This document shows, in pieces, positions 53,572-64,000 of a stretch of 64,000 nucleotides of DNA. A program made the position numbers and the translations under genes. Every line of letters begins with the position of its first letter. Within the stretch, counting starts at the first letter, position 1. The stretch spans positions 480,001 through 544,000 of the forward strand of contig CAWGED010000005.1 in NCBI GenBank assembly GCA_963821525.1, written 5' to 3'. Below the pieces are notes generated by a model. The model saw only the letters and a list, made by a program, of their open reading frames with translations. It had not been told where the DNA came from and did no database searches. This DNA comes from an uncultured Gemmatimonadales bacterium. Lineage in GTDB: Bacteria; Gemmatimonadota; Gemmatimonadetes; Gemmatimonadales; GWC2-71-9.

Positions 53572-54903
53572 ATGGCCGATACCACCCTGATGGACAAGCT
53601 CGTGTCGCTCTGCAAGCGACGCGGATTCGTGTTTCAGTCGTCAGAGATCTATGGCGGGCTCGGCTCAGTCTGGGACTACGGGCCGCTCGGCGTGGAGCTG
53701 AAGAAGAATGTGAAGGACAGCTGGTGGCGGGCGATGGTGCATGCCCGGGACGACATCGAAGGAATCGATGCCGCGATCCTCATGCACCCCAGGGTCTGGG
53801 AAGCCTCGGGACACGTGGCCGGCTTCACCGATCCGCTGGTGGACTGCCGCACCTGCAAGGCCCGGTTCCGTGCCGACAAGGTCGGGGATGCCCAGTGCCC
53901 GCAGAAGCCCAGCAAGCATCCCGGTGAGCACTCCACCTGCGACCTCACCGAACCCCGGATGTTCAATCTCATGTTCAAGACGTTCATGGGACCGGTCGAG
54001 GAACAGGCCGCCGTGGTCTACCTGCGGCCGGAGACCGCCCAGGGCATCTACGTCAATTACCAGAACGTGCTCAACGCCTCGCGGCAGAAGATTCCGTTCG
54101 GCATCGCCCAGATCGGCAAGGCGTTCCGCAACGAGATCACTCCAGGAAACTTCATTTTCCGGACTCGCGAGTTCGAGCAGATGGAGATGCAGTTCTTCGT
54201 GAAGCCGGGCACCGATGGCGAATGGTTCGAGCGCTGGCGGGAGTGGCGGATGCAGTGGCATCAGAGCATCGGGCTTACCCCGGCGCGGCTGCGCTGGCAC
54301 CAGCACGGTCCCGGAGAGCTGGCCCACTACGCCAAGGCCGCCTTCGACATCGAGTACGAGTTCCCCTTCGGGTGGAATGAAATCGAAGGCATACACAACC
54401 GCAGCGACTACGACCTGGGACGCCACCAGGAGTATTCCGGCAAGAAGCTGGAGTACTTCGATCAGGCGGGGAACGAGCGGTACCTCCCTTACATCGTGGA
54501 GACTTCGGCCGGCGCCGACCGGGTGACTCTCACGACCCTGGTGGATGCCTACCGCGAGGAAGAGGTGGAAGGGGAGACGCGCGTCGTCCTTGGCTTCCAT
54601 CCCGCGATTGCGCCGATCAAGACCGCGATCCTGCCACTGGTGAAGAAGGACGGCATGCCCGAGCTGGCCGACCGGCTCTATCACGACGTGAAGCACCACA
54701 TGCCTGCCTTCTACGACGATGCCGGCGCTATCGGTCGCCGTTACCGGCGGATGGACGAAGCCGGAACGCCTTACTGCTGCACGGTGGACGGTGATACGCT
54801 GAAGGATGGGACTGTCACCGTGCGGGACCGGGACTCGATGCAGCAGGTGCGTGTCGCGACGGACAACCTCGTTGCCTACCTGCGCAAACAGGTCGGGGGC
54901 TGA
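53572..54903 (+). CDS. glyQS: glycine--tRNA ligase, homodimeric alpha2 type
   Basis: [61 protein letters not shown]. Confidence 0.98.
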   Translation: MADTTLMDKLVSLCKRRGFVFQSSEIYGGLGSVWDYGPLGVELKKNVKDSWWRAMVHARDDIEGIDAAILMHPRVWEASGHVAGFTDPLVDCRTCKARFRADKVGDAQCPQKPSKHPGEHSTCDLTEPRMFNLMFKTFMGPVEEQAAVVYLRPETAQGIYVNYQNVLNASRQKIPFGIAQIGKAFRNEITPGNFIFRTREFEQMEMQFFVKPGTDGEWFERWREWRMQWHQSIGLTPARLRWHQHGPGELAHYAKAAFDIEYEFPFGWNEIEGIHNRSDYDLGRHQEYSGKKLEYFDQAGNERYLPYIVETSAGADRVTLTTLVDAYREEEVEGETRVVLGFHPAIAPIKTAILPLVKKDGMPELADRLYHDVKHHMPAFYDDAGAIGRRYRRMDEAGTPYCCTVDGDTLKDGTVTVRDRDSMQQVRVATDNLVAYLRKQVGG

Positions 54904-54930
54904 TCAGCCGGCAGACCCTTCGAGGTAGAA

Positions 54931-55647
54931 ATGCGACTGGCCGACTTCGAAGCGCTGGTCCAACGGCTCCAGACCGAGGTCCCGGCTGAGTATCTCGAAG
55001 GGGTGATGGAGATCGAGGTCTCCCGCAACACGCTTCCGGATCCCACCCACGCCGATGTCTACACCCTCGGCGAGTGCATCCCCCTGCCGCTCGATCATCA
55101 GGACTCACCGGGTGGAGTGTTGAGCCGCATCGTTCTCTACTACGGCTCCTTTCATGCTCTGGCGAGGCTCGACTCGGAATTCGACTGGCGCGGCGAGGCC
55201 TGGGAGACGCTGACTCACGAGCTCCGACATCATCTGGAATGGCGAGCCCGGGCGCCGGACCTCGAAGAGTTCGACTGGGCGGCCGAGCAGAATTTCGCCC
55301 GTCAGGATGGGGAGCGGTTCGACCCGACGTTTTATCGGAGCGGGGAGAAGGTCGCCGAAGGCATCTACCGTTTGGACGACGATTTCTTCCTGGAACACGA
55401 GGCCGTGGCTCCGGGGTCCGAATTGCGCTTCGACTGGCATGGCCGGTCATACGGCGCCACGGTTCCTGCCGAGGCAACGCTTCCGGCTTTTCTCACAGTG
55501 GAAGGGACAGAGGAGCCCCCTCCGGGCGACCTTGTCATCGTCCTTCCCTCCGCGGCGGGGCTGCGTTCACTCTTCCGATCCACGCGGTTCCTCGCCACCG
55601 TTACCGCGACTATGTTTCCTCCGGCTTCTCCACCACAGCAGGGGTAA
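54931..55647 (+). CDS. zincin-like metallopeptidase family protein
   Basis: RIVLYYGSF..WETLTHELRHHLE (HExxH). Confidence 0.8.
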   Translation: MRLADFEALVQRLQTEVPAEYLEGVMEIEVSRNTLPDPTHADVYTLGECIPLPLDHQDSPGGVLSRIVLYYGSFHALARLDSEFDWRGEAWETLTHELRHHLEWRARAPDLEEFDWAAEQNFARQDGERFDPTFYRSGEKVAEGIYRLDDDFFLEHEAVAPGSELRFDWHGRSYGATVPAEATLPAFLTVEGTEEPPPGDLVIVLPSAAGLRSLFRSTRFLATVTATMFPPASPPQQG

Positions 55648-55651
55648 GGCA

Positions 55652-56771
55652 ATGAGGCGTATTCTGTTCCTCTGCGGGCATGGCGCTTCCTACGGCGCTG
55701 GTGGCCCAGGCCGATCCGGGTTATCGCGTCGGCATCGTGAGTGAATCGGGCGATATCGTCACCTGGCTCAAGCCGGGCGACGGGACACTGACTGTCGAGA
55801 AGACGATTCCGGTCGGGATCATGCCGGCCGACATCGACGGCCCGCATAACCTCGCCGTCGCACCCGACAACAGCGCGTACTACATCACGATCGCGCACGG
55901 CACGCCGTTCGGATCGTTGTGGAAGCTCGATGCCAAGACCGACACGCTGATCGGGCGGGCCAAGCTGGAGATGTTCCCCACCACGATCGGACTGACGCCG
56001 GACGGGGAGCTCGCCTTCGTCGCCAATTCGGATTTCCATGGCGACCATCCCCGCACCAACGTGGTCTCCGTGGTGCAGACCAGCTCGATGACGAACATCA
56101 CTGATCTCCCCGCGTGCGACATGCCGCACGGCGCCAAGTCGAATCATGCCGGGAGCCGGATCTACATCTCCTGCATGAACAGCGACGAGCTGCTGGAGAT
56201 CGAGGTCGCCACGTTCCGGATTACCCGCCGCGGGAAGACCGGCGGGGGCCATGACATGGCGAGCATGGACCATGGCGCCGGACATGCGCCGCCGCCTGCC
56301 GCGGCAGCGAGCGCGCCGCCGGCTCCGGCGCCCGACAATTCATGCGCCCCGACTTTCGTCAGCGTTTCGCCCGACGACAAGACGCTCTACGCCGCCTGCA
56401 ACCATGGCAACACGCTGCAGGTGTGGGATGCCGAGTCGTTCACCAAGACGAAGGAGATCGCGGTGGGCAAAGGCGCCTACAACGTCGAGCCTTCGGCGGA
56501 CGGCAAATGGGTGATCGTGACCAACAAGAAGGACCAGAGCTTCAGCCTGATCGACGCCAAGACGCTCACCGAGGTGGTCCGGGTCCCCACCACCAAGAAG
56601 ATCGTGCACGGCGTCGCCTATTCGCCGGATGGGAAGTACGCCTTCGTCAGCCAGGAGTCGATCGGGGCGGACCCGGGCGCTATCGACATGTTCGATCTCG
56701 CCGCGAAGAAGACCGTGGCCACGGTGCCGATCCCGGCGCAGCCGACGGGTGTGGCAATCTTGAGGAAGTAG
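55652..56771 (+). CDS. YncE/YVTN-type secreted beta-propeller protein (indel in the signal peptide)
   Basis: Repeated blades GPHNLAVAPD, LTPDG, SVSPDDK, AYSPDGK, with a His/Met/Pro-rich linker GHDMASMDHGAGH. Confidence 0.85.
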
Positions 56772-56857
56772 TCTGAGGTCTAGAGTCTAGAGTCGAGAGT
56801 CGACTCCCGACTCCGGGCTCCCGACTCTCGACTTCAGACTCCTGACTCTCGACTCTC
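56770..56857. repeat. inverted tandem-heptamer element (GAGTCKA)n/(YCGACTC)n
   Basis: gtctga ggtcta gagtcta gagtcga gagtc | gactccc gactccg ggctccc gactctc gacttca gactcct gactctc gactctc. Confidence 0.88.
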
Positions 56858-56865
56858 AAATACCC

Positions 56866-57138
56866 ATGACCTACGAGACCACAACCACCCTGCAGCCTGC
56901 CCAGGTCATCGCGTGGGCCAAGGTCTTCTTCGCCGAGCGGAATCCCAACAACTCCGCCTTTCCGGAGAAGGAAGGCCCGAACTTCCTCTCGCTTCGGGGG
57001 CAGGGCGGGGAAGAGATCGCGATGACCGCAATCGGTGGGGATGGCACGACGCGGGTGAGAGCTTCGACGTTGTTCTTCGATCAGGCGCTGGGCCGGTTCT
57101 TCTCGACCCTGCCCGGCTCGTCGGAGACTGCCGCGTGA
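56866..57138 (+). CDS. hypothetical protein (90 aa)
   Basis: Clean ORF with typical codon usage, coupled to the next gene by a GTGA overlap. Confidence 0.7.
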   Translation: MTYETTTTLQPAQVIAWAKVFFAERNPNNSAFPEKEGPNFLSLRGQGGEEIAMTAIGGDGTTRVRASTLFFDQALGRFFSTLPGSSETAA

Positions 57139-57395
57139 GCGCGTCGTTGCCGATTCGGATCATGGTGGAAGACGCCTGGGATCAGGTGAACCTGGAACTC
57201 CCGGCCCAGACTTCTGTCGCCGAGGCCAAGCGCCGGGCTCTCGCGATGACCCACACCGATGGCGATCCCTCCGGGTACATCGTGAAGTACCGTGGGGCAC
57301 CCGTGCTGGACGAGCAACGCACCCTGGCGGAGGCCGGCGTCGTCTCCAACGCTCCCCTCATCGTCATGGCTCGGCGCCGCCGGCCCGTGCGCTGA
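57135..57395 (+). CDS. ubiquitin-like beta-grasp protein (EsaB/YukD-like)
   Basis: IRIMVED..VNLELPAQTSVAEAKRRAL..YIVKYRGAPVLDEQRTLAEAGVVSNAPLIVMARR follows the ubiquitin hydrophobic pattern. No C-terminal GG. Confidence 0.7.
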   Translation: MSASLPIRIMVEDAWDQVNLELPAQTSVAEAKRRALAMTHTDGDPSGYIVKYRGAPVLDEQRTLAEAGVVSNAPLIVMARRRRPVR

Positions 57396-57398
57396 TCC

Positions 57399-57671
57399 GT
57401 GGCTCGTCCCGCGCGCCGCGGGCGGGCGCTGACCATCATCGCCGTCGGGGTGCTGAGCCTCGACGGCGTTCTGTTGCTGGTGGCCGGCCTCTGGTCCCAT
57501 CGCCCGATCCTCGTCGCCCTGGGTGCCGTCCTGCTGGTGCTGACGGTCGGGGTGTACCTCCTCTGGCGACGCCAAGTGAAAGTGCTGGAGGAGATCGCCC
57601 AGGCTCGGGCGGAGATGCGGGCCGAGGTGAAGGCAATGCAGGGAATGCTCAGAGAAAAGAGAGATGAGTAA
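57399..57671 (+). CDS. small 2-TM membrane protein with a coiled-coil tail
   Basis: Two hydrophobic helices, then LEEIAQARAEMRAEVKAMQ. Confidence 0.7.
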   Translation: MARPARRGRALTIIAVGVLSLDGVLLLVAGLWSHRPILVALGAVLLVLTVGVYLLWRRQVKVLEEIAQARAEMRAEVKAMQGMLREKRDE

Positions 57672-57739
57672 GTACCGAGTACCGAGTACCTAGCGTATTC
57701 AACTCGCCCCTCGGTACTCGTTACTAGGTACTCGGTACT
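57667..57739. repeat. inverted tandem-heptamer element (GTACCKA)n/(TMGGTAC)n
   Basis: gtaccga gtaccga gtaccta ... tcggtac tcgttac taggtac tcggtac; same family as 48265-48422. Confidence 0.9.
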
Positions 57740-57746
57740 TTTAGCC

Positions 57747-58640
57747 ATGCCCGTCCCCGTCTTCACCCACCCTGCCTGCCTGCGGCATGATCCCGGTCCC
57801 GGCCACCCCGAGACCCCGGCGAGGCTGCGCGCGATCCTCGACAGAGTAGGGAAGGACTCGCGGTTCGAGGTGCGGGAGGCGGTGCCGGCCGAACTGGGTG
57901 ACCTGCTGGCGGTTCATCCCGAGGGCTATCTGATCCGGCTGGAGCAGATCAGTCGTCAGGGCGGCGGAGTGCTGTTCCTCGACACAGTCATGAACGAGGC
58001 GAGCTGGTCCGCCGTGCTGGGTGCAACCGGCGCCGTGCGGAGCGCCCTCGACCACGCGCTGAACCAGGGCAACGCCTTTGCCGCGGTGCGCCCTCCCGGT
58101 CACCACGCGATGGCCCAGCGCGCGATGGGCTTCTGCCTGGTCAACAACGTGATCGTCGCCGCTCGACATGCCCAGCAGTTGGGGCGACAGAACGTGCTGA
58201 TCATCGACTGGGACGTGCACCATGGGAATGGCACCCAGGCGCTCATGGAGAGCGACCCGTCGATCCGCTACGTGTCCCTCCATCAGCATCCCTGGTATCC
58301 TGGAACCGGGATGGCCCACGAGCGGGGGGTTGGCAATGTCTTCAATGTTCCGCGCGGCCCCGGCCTGCCGGCCCAGCTCTACGTGGACGATCTCTGGAAT
58401 GCGATCGCCTCCGCCACCAATGGGTGGCAGCCGGACCTGGTGCTGGTGTCGGCCGGGTTCGACGCCATGAGTGGCGACCCGCTCGGCGGCTTCACCCTCG
58501 AGCCGGAGCACTATGCCCAGCTCACTTCGCGAATCAGAGAACAGCTCAAGGACGCGCCAATCGTGGGACTGCTGGAGGGGGGATACACGCCGGCCCGGAT
58601 CGCGGAGGGTGTAGCTGCCCACGTTGCGGCGCTGGGGTGA
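57747..58640 (+). CDS. histone deacetylase-family (class II-like) Zn amidohydrolase
   Basis: HPETPARL, RPPGHHA, MGFCLVNN, DWDVHHGNGTQ, SAGFDA, LLEGGY. Confidence 0.96.
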   Translation: MPVPVFTHPACLRHDPGPGHPETPARLRAILDRVGKDSRFEVREAVPAELGDLLAVHPEGYLIRLEQISRQGGGVLFLDTVMNEASWSAVLGATGAVRSALDHALNQGNAFAAVRPPGHHAMAQRAMGFCLVNNVIVAARHAQQLGRQNVLIIDWDVHHGNGTQALMESDPSIRYVSLHQHPWYPGTGMAHERGVGNVFNVPRGPGLPAQLYVDDLWNAIASATNGWQPDLVLVSAGFDAMSGDPLGGFTLEPEHYAQLTSRIREQLKDAPIVGLLEGGYTPARIAEGVAAHVAALG

Positions 58641-58641
58641 A

Positions 58642-58847
58642 GCGGGAGACGGGAAAGGAGCCGGGGCTCGCGTAACTGTGGAACACCTCATCCCGAGCGA
58701 AGCGAGGGATCTTGCGACCCTACCTGGAATCCGGTACAGGCACAAAGGCTGGGAGACTAGGTCCCTCGGGTCCCCGCGCTAGCGCGGGGTACCCTCGGGA
58801 TGAGGTGCTCGTCCCATCGTCTCCGTCTCCCGTCTACCGTCTCCCGC
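58642..58847. repeat. heptamer element (GGGAGAC)/(GTCTCCC)n enclosing a CGTC-type REP doublet
   Basis: cgggagacggga ... cgtctcc gtctccc gtctacc gtctccc; inside are TCATCCCGAGCGAAGCGAGGGATCT (58688-58712) and the inverted partner AGGTCCCTCG..CTCGGGATGA (58759-58803). Confidence 0.8.
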
Positions 58848-58887
58848 CTTTATACTCCTCCCTCCCTGACCCCTCACCGAGACCCAG

Positions 58888-59913
58888 ATGCCTCACCCGC
58901 TTCGTCTGGAATCCGAGATTCTCGAACTGCACACCCGGCATCCGTTCATCATCGCCCGCGGGGGACAGAGCGATTACCGCACGGTGATGGTCCGGCTGAT
59001 TGACGGCGATGGAGTCGAAGGCTGGGGTGAGGCTGCGCCGAATCGGATCTACGGCGAGTCGGTGGAGACGGTGCACGGCGCCCTGCAGAACTACTCCAAC
59101 CGCCTACCCAGCGATCCGTTCCTGCTCGAGGACGCGGAATCCGGCTGGGAGTCAATCCTCGCACTCAATCCCTCAGCGCGGGTTGCGCTCTCATCTGCGC
59201 TGCACGATCTGGTGGGCAAGCGGCTGGGCATTCCGGTCTACAAGCTGTGGGGACTCGACCCCGCCAAGGCCCCGCGTTCCACCTTCACCATCGGCATCGA
59301 TAACGATGCCAAGCTGCGGCAGAAGGTGAAGGAGGCCGAGCAGTATCCGATCCTCAAGATCAAGCTGGGGACGGATCGGGACGTGGAGATCCTGGAAACG
59401 ATCCGGGGGATGACCCAGAAGGAGCTTCGGGTTGACGCCAACTGCGGCTGGAGCGTCAAGCAGGCAATCCGGATGCTCCCGGTGCTGGAGGAATTCGGGG
59501 TGACGGTACTGGAGCAGCCACTGGCCGCTGAGGATCTGGAAGGGTTGGGCAAGGTGAGCCGAGCCTCTCGCATCCCGGTGATTGCGGACGAAAGCTGCAA
59601 GACTGCCGCCGACATTCCCCCGTTGGTTGGCAAAGTGGACGGCATCAATCTCAAGCTGGCCAAGTGCGGCAGCCTCCGGGAAGCGCTGCGCATGATCGCC
59701 ATTGCGCGGGCTCACCAGATGATGGTCATGATCGGCTGCATGATCGAAAGCTCGATTGCCATCACGGCCGCGGCGCACCTGACGCCGCTGGTGGATATCG
59801 TGGATCTCGATGGTGCTGCGCTGCTCCAGGACGATCCCTTCGTCGGCGCCTCGATCGACGGCGGCCAGGTTCGCCTTCCTACCGGTCCCGGGCTTGGCTT
59901 GAGCCGGCGATGA
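58888..59913 (+). CDS. L-Ala-D/L-Glu dipeptide epimerase (enolase superfamily)
   Basis: GWGEAAP, LKIKLG, LRVDANCGW, EQP, ADES, INLKLAKCG, GCMIES, DLDG. Confidence 0.93.
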   Translation: MPHPLRLESEILELHTRHPFIIARGGQSDYRTVMVRLIDGDGVEGWGEAAPNRIYGESVETVHGALQNYSNRLPSDPFLLEDAESGWESILALNPSARVALSSALHDLVGKRLGIPVYKLWGLDPAKAPRSTFTIGIDNDAKLRQKVKEAEQYPILKIKLGTDRDVEILETIRGMTQKELRVDANCGWSVKQAIRMLPVLEEFGVTVLEQPLAAEDLEGLGKVSRASRIPVIADESCKTAADIPPLVGKVDGINLKLAKCGSLREALRMIAIARAHQMMVMIGCMIESSIAITAAAHLTPLVDIVDLDGAALLQDDPFVGASIDGGQVRLPTGPGLGLSRR

Positions 59914-62325
59914 CCGAGCGGTACGGGCAGGTGGCGCTCCCGCTGCCGCTCGCCCGGCCCTACACCTACCGCATTCCCGAGGCGATCGGCGACCGGATCG
60001 AACCCGGGGCGCGAGTCGTGGTACCGGTCCGCGGCCGCGAGATGGTCGGGATCGTCGTGGCGATCGCTGACGTCCCTCCCGAGCGTGCGGCGAAGGACAT
60101 CCTCGCGGCACCCGATCCGGAACCAGCTCTCCCGCTCCCTCTCCTCGAAGCCGCCACCTGGATGGCGCGGTATTACGGCGCGCCGCTCGGCCTCGCCATT
60201 CGCGCGGCTCTCCCCGCGGCACTCTGGGGACAGTCGAAGGTTCTGGCGCGAATCGCCGACGGGGCCTCAATTCCCGGCGGACTGGCGGGCGAGGTGGTCG
60301 CCTGGCTCGAGAAGAAGGGCGGCAGCGCACCGGTGCCGAGCATCGCGCGGGGACTCAAGCGGCCAGTGTGGGACGCGGTGAACCGGCTGGCACGGGTAGG
60401 CGCCATCGCGCTGGAGGTCCATCCGGCGGAGACCGACAGCGGAACCGCCACCGAGCGAATCGCCGTTCTGGCCGGTCCACGGCTCACGTTGCTGGAACGG
60501 GAGGCAGCCTTTGGACGAGCGCCGGCCCAGCGCGCGGTGCTGGAGGCGCTGGAGCAGACGGGCGGACGAGCGCCGGTTCGCCACCTGCTGGAGCAGCTCA
60601 AGCTTTCCCCGGCCGGAATGCGGGCGTTGGTAAAGCGCGGGCTCGCGGTGGTGGAAGAAGTTCCCACGCTGCGAGACCCTTTCGCCGATGCCGCCGGCAC
60701 TCCTCCGCCGCCGACCCTGACTCAGCGCCAGCGGGAAGCGGTCTCGACTCTTTCGTCCTTGGCACCGGGCGACGGCGGCCTGCTTTTCGGTGTTACGGGA
60801 AGCGGAAAGACCCTGGTGTATCTCGATGTCATCCGGCAGGCGATGGCCGAGGGACGCGGGGCCATCATTCTGGTGCCCGAGATCGGGTTGACGCCTCAGA
60901 CGGTGAGCCGGGTGCGCGGGGTCTTCGGGAACGACGTCGCGGTGCTGCACAGCGGACTATCAGAGGGCGAACGGGCCGACGCCTGGCGCGCCTTACGCAG
61001 CGGAACGAAACGAGTGGCCGTGGGAGCGAGGTCGGCGGTGTTCGCCCCGGTCCGGAACCTCGGCGTGATCGTGATCGACGAGGAGCACGAGGCCAGCTAC
61101 AAGAACGGCGAGGCGCCGCGCTATCACGCGCGTGATGTCGCGATGGTTCGAGCGCGTCTCGAAGGCGCGATCTTCATTCTGGGCAGCGCGACCCCGTCGC
61201 CCGAATCCATGTCGCGGGTCGGGCCCCGCCTCACGCTGTTCCGGCTTCCGGAGCGGGTCGGAGCACGGCCGCTTCCCGAGGTTGAGCTGGTTGATCTCCG
61301 CAGCGCGCCACGACTCGCCATTGCGGGAGCGGTTCCCTGGTCGGAGCGACTGGACCTGGCGGTGGCCGGGGCGCTCGATCGCAACGAGCAGGTCCTTCTA
61401 TTACTCAACCGGCGTGGCTTCGCCTCCTTCCTTCAATGTCCCGCCTGTGGTGAAGTCGAGGGCTGTCCCCGGTGCAGCATCGCTCTCACCGTTCATCGTT
61501 CTCCCAATCGTCTGCGCTGCCACTACTGCAGCCATGAAGAGCCGATCCCGGCCGCGTGCAGAAAGTGTGGCCACGCCGTACAACAGATGCGCGGGGTTGG
61601 TACCCAGCAGGTGGAACGCTTTCTCGCTGAGCGATTCCCGGCGGCCCGGCTGGCACGAATGGATCTCGACACCACGAGCACCAAGTGGTCGCACCATCGC
61701 ATTCTCGAGACCTTTGGCCGGGGAGATGCCGACATCCTGCTCGGCACCCAGATGATCGCCAAGGGTCTGGATTTTCCCAATGTCACTCTGGTCGGCGTGG
61801 TGGACGCGGATACCGGCCTCCACCTTCCCGACTTCCGCTCCGCTGAGCGGACGTTTCAGCTGCTGGCGCAGGTCGCGGGTCGAGCGGGGCGGGGGCCGAA
61901 GGGCGGTAGAGTCGTAGTGCAGACCAGGAACCCCGAGCATCATGCGTTGGTCTTTGCCGTGCAGCACGATGCCGAGGGATTCCTGGCGCGAAGAGCTGGC
62001 CGCGCGACGCGAACCTCCCTATCCGCCGGAAAACTCCCTGGTGAACCTCGTCTCGAGTGGACCGGACGAGCGCCGCGTGGGCGAGAACGCCGCCGCAGTC
62101 GCAGCATGGTGCCAGCGATTAATAGAGAAACACAGCCTTCCAATCACGGTTCTCGGTCCGGCGCCGTGCGCGCTGGCGAAGATCCAGAACCGGTGGCGAT
62201 GGCACGTCGTTCTAAAGGGCACTGGGGAGGAACTGGGGAGGGTGGTACGTTACGCTGCGGAGCGATTGCCGGGTGTGGCGGGAGTGCGGACGATCATTGA
62301 TCGGGATCCGGTGGCACTGCTTTAG
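59910..62325 (+). CDS. priA: primosomal protein N' (indel ~61985)
   Basis: GVTGSGKT, LVPEI, DEEH, LLNRRG, CxxC cluster, GTQMIAKGLDFPNV, QVAGRAGR, C-terminal IDRDP. Confidence 0.97.
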
Positions 62326-62424
62326 GGGCGGACAGGACGGACAGGGCGGAAAGGACGGGCGGACCGGCGGACTTCGACCGCCCTACCCGCCTTGACCGCC
62401 CTGTTCGACCGTCCGTCGTCCGCC
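62326..62424. repeat. inverted tandem ~9-mer element (GGCGGACAG-like)
   Basis: ggcggacaggacggacagggcggaaaggacgg ... ccgccctacccgccttgaccgccctgttcgaccgtcc. Confidence 0.7.
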
Positions 62425-62446
62425 GACGGAGAATACGGAGACAGCT

Positions 62447-62959
62447 ATGGCAGACGACAGCGGTGCTCTCTACCTGAAGGACGCGATTCTGCAGCTGCGG
62501 GCCTACAAGAAACTGGGCGAGAAGGCGATCGCCCAGGTCTACGATAGCGGGCTCACCAAGGTCCTGTATTCCGACGCCAACAGCATCGCGATCCTGGTTA
62601 AGCACATGAGCGGGAACATGCGCTCACGGTGGACCATGTTCCTCACCACTGACGGCGAGAAGCCCGACCGCAACCGGGATTCCGAGTTCGAGCTATCGGA
62701 AGAACCGACCCGGGAAGAGTTGATCACCTGGTGGGACGACGGCTGGGCCCGCGTCTTTGATGCTATCGAGCACCTCAAGCCCGAAGACCTGGGGCGTACG
62801 GTCACGATTCGTGGCCAACCGCACAGCGTGCTCCAGGCGATCAACCGGCAGTTGATGCACTACGCCTACCATATTGGGCAGATCGTCCTGCTGGCGCGAG
62901 CGCTGGCCGGCGCCAGCTGGAAATCGCTCAGTATCCCGAAGCGGCCTTCCCAGAGCTGA
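62447..62959 (+). CDS. DUF1572 / DinB-superfamily protein
   Basis: NSIAILVKHMSGNMRSRWTMFLTTDGEKPDRNRDSEF, HYAYHIGQIV, WKSLSIP. Confidence 0.9.
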   Translation: MADDSGALYLKDAILQLRAYKKLGEKAIAQVYDSGLTKVLYSDANSIAILVKHMSGNMRSRWTMFLTTDGEKPDRNRDSEFELSEEPTREELITWWDDGWARVFDAIEHLKPEDLGRTVTIRGQPHSVLQAINRQLMHYAYHIGQIVLLARALAGASWKSLSIPKRPSQS

Positions 62960-62967
62960 GTCTCGCC

Positions 62968-64000
62968 CTAATCGCGAGCCCAGCCAATCTCCATGCCGAG
63001 GTAGGCGTTCCGGCCCGGAGCGGGTTCGAAGACTCGGCCGACGGCCCCGTTGATGGTCAGCGAGCCGACATACTGCCGGTCCCACAGATTGTTTACCGCG
63101 GCAAAGGGAGACAGCGCCCACGCGCCGGCCCGGCCTTCCCACGTCACCCGCAGGTTGGTCACACCGAGTCCGACTCCATCCACGACGTTTGGCCCAGCCT
63201 CGCCCCACCCGTTGACGTAAAGGGTGTTGTGATCGTCGGCGAAGATCGACGACGCCATGCTGTGGTCCAGGTCCAGATAGAAGCTCTTATAAGGCCCGGC
63301 TCGGAGGCCCAGGCGAATGAAGGCTTCCGGCACTCCCGGCAACGTCTTGCCATCCAGCGTGTCTACCGCGGTGCCGTTCACGATCTTGTAGTCCGCGAAG
63401 CGGTAGTGGGACCAGGTATATGAGCCGAACAGGCGCAGGGTGGCGACCGGCGCGACATCAACTCCCACCTCGATACCGTCGTTGTGGACCTTCCCCGCAT
63501 TCGTGAAGAAGCCACGACCGCTCACCTCGCTGAACTGCACGATTGCATCGCTGATCCGGCCCAGGAAGCCGGCGATGCTGTAGTTGAACGCTCCGATCCG
63601 GCCTCGACCGCCGAGCTCGAGGGTGACGGCGCGCTGCGGGATTCAGGTCGGTGTTGAATCCGCCGGTGGAGTTGGGCTGGTTGACCAGCTCGGTCGTGGT
63701 TGGCGTCTCGAAGGACGTCGCGACGTTCACGTAGGTGACGAACTCGGTGCTGGCCGCGAAGGTCAATCCGGCATTTCCGCTCCAGGATCCCATGGTGCGC
63801 GAGCCGCTGTTGTCGACACCGTCGCTCAAGTGGTGGTCTTCCACATCGAAGGAGACGGCATCGTACCGCACTCCGGCGCTACCGCTCAACGTCGGTGAGA
63901 AGTTCCAGTGAAGTTGAGCGAAGGGGCCGATCTCACTCACCTTCTCGCGCTGGTCCAGGATCAGGGTATCGGGAATGCCGCCAACCGCCCGCGAGTTGGT
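62968..64000 (-). CDS. TonB-dependent receptor, 3' part (5' end outside the window; indel ~63630)
   Basis: Beta-barrel strands AGVRYD, SFETPTTTEL, NAGK..GIE, VNNLWDRQY, FEPAPGRNAYLG. Confidence 0.9.

Overview
This is a high-GC bacterial chromosome segment. Gemmatimonadota is the most plausible source, inferred from the EF-Tu switch-I variant, the RpoB insertion and overall gene content; it was not confirmed by any search. The assembly looks like unpolished long-read sequence: essential genes carry many single-base indels, mostly an extra G in G-runs, so the apparent splits and fusions in the ORF track are artefacts. From left to right: (1) 1-4.1 kb, a minus-strand ECF sigma / zf-HC2 anti-sigma / TPR-CHAT protease triad. 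(2) 4.3-7.8 kb, degraded fragments (PxKF domain, NTF2-like protein, 3' end of cysS). (3) 7.9-42.1 kb, the core transcription/translation supercluster: four tRNAs, rpmG-secE-nusG-rplKAJL-rpoBC, an inserted Ig-domain S8 protease, rpsLG, a 6S-like RNA, fusA-tuf, the S10 and spc operons, secY, adk and map, with the alpha operon not attached. (4) 42-64 kb, housekeeping and accessory genes: suhB, trpS, a degenerate PilT/PilU, M28 peptidase, purA, YpdA, a minor-pilin cassette, glyQS, zincin, beta-propeller, a ubiquitin-like protein, an HDAC-family deacylase, epimerase, priA, DUF1572 and a TonB receptor. The most striking unexplained signal is about 18 intergenic elements with one shared design: a tandem 7-mer (sometimes 8- or 9-mer) array, a spacer, then the reverse-complement array. 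They are built from at least ten unrelated unit sequences, usually start at a stop codon and usually end just before the next start. Other highlights are the 6S-like RNA inside the str operon, a promoter-proximal terminator with a 2-codon ORF in front of purA, and a ubiquitin-like/HDAC gene cluster.
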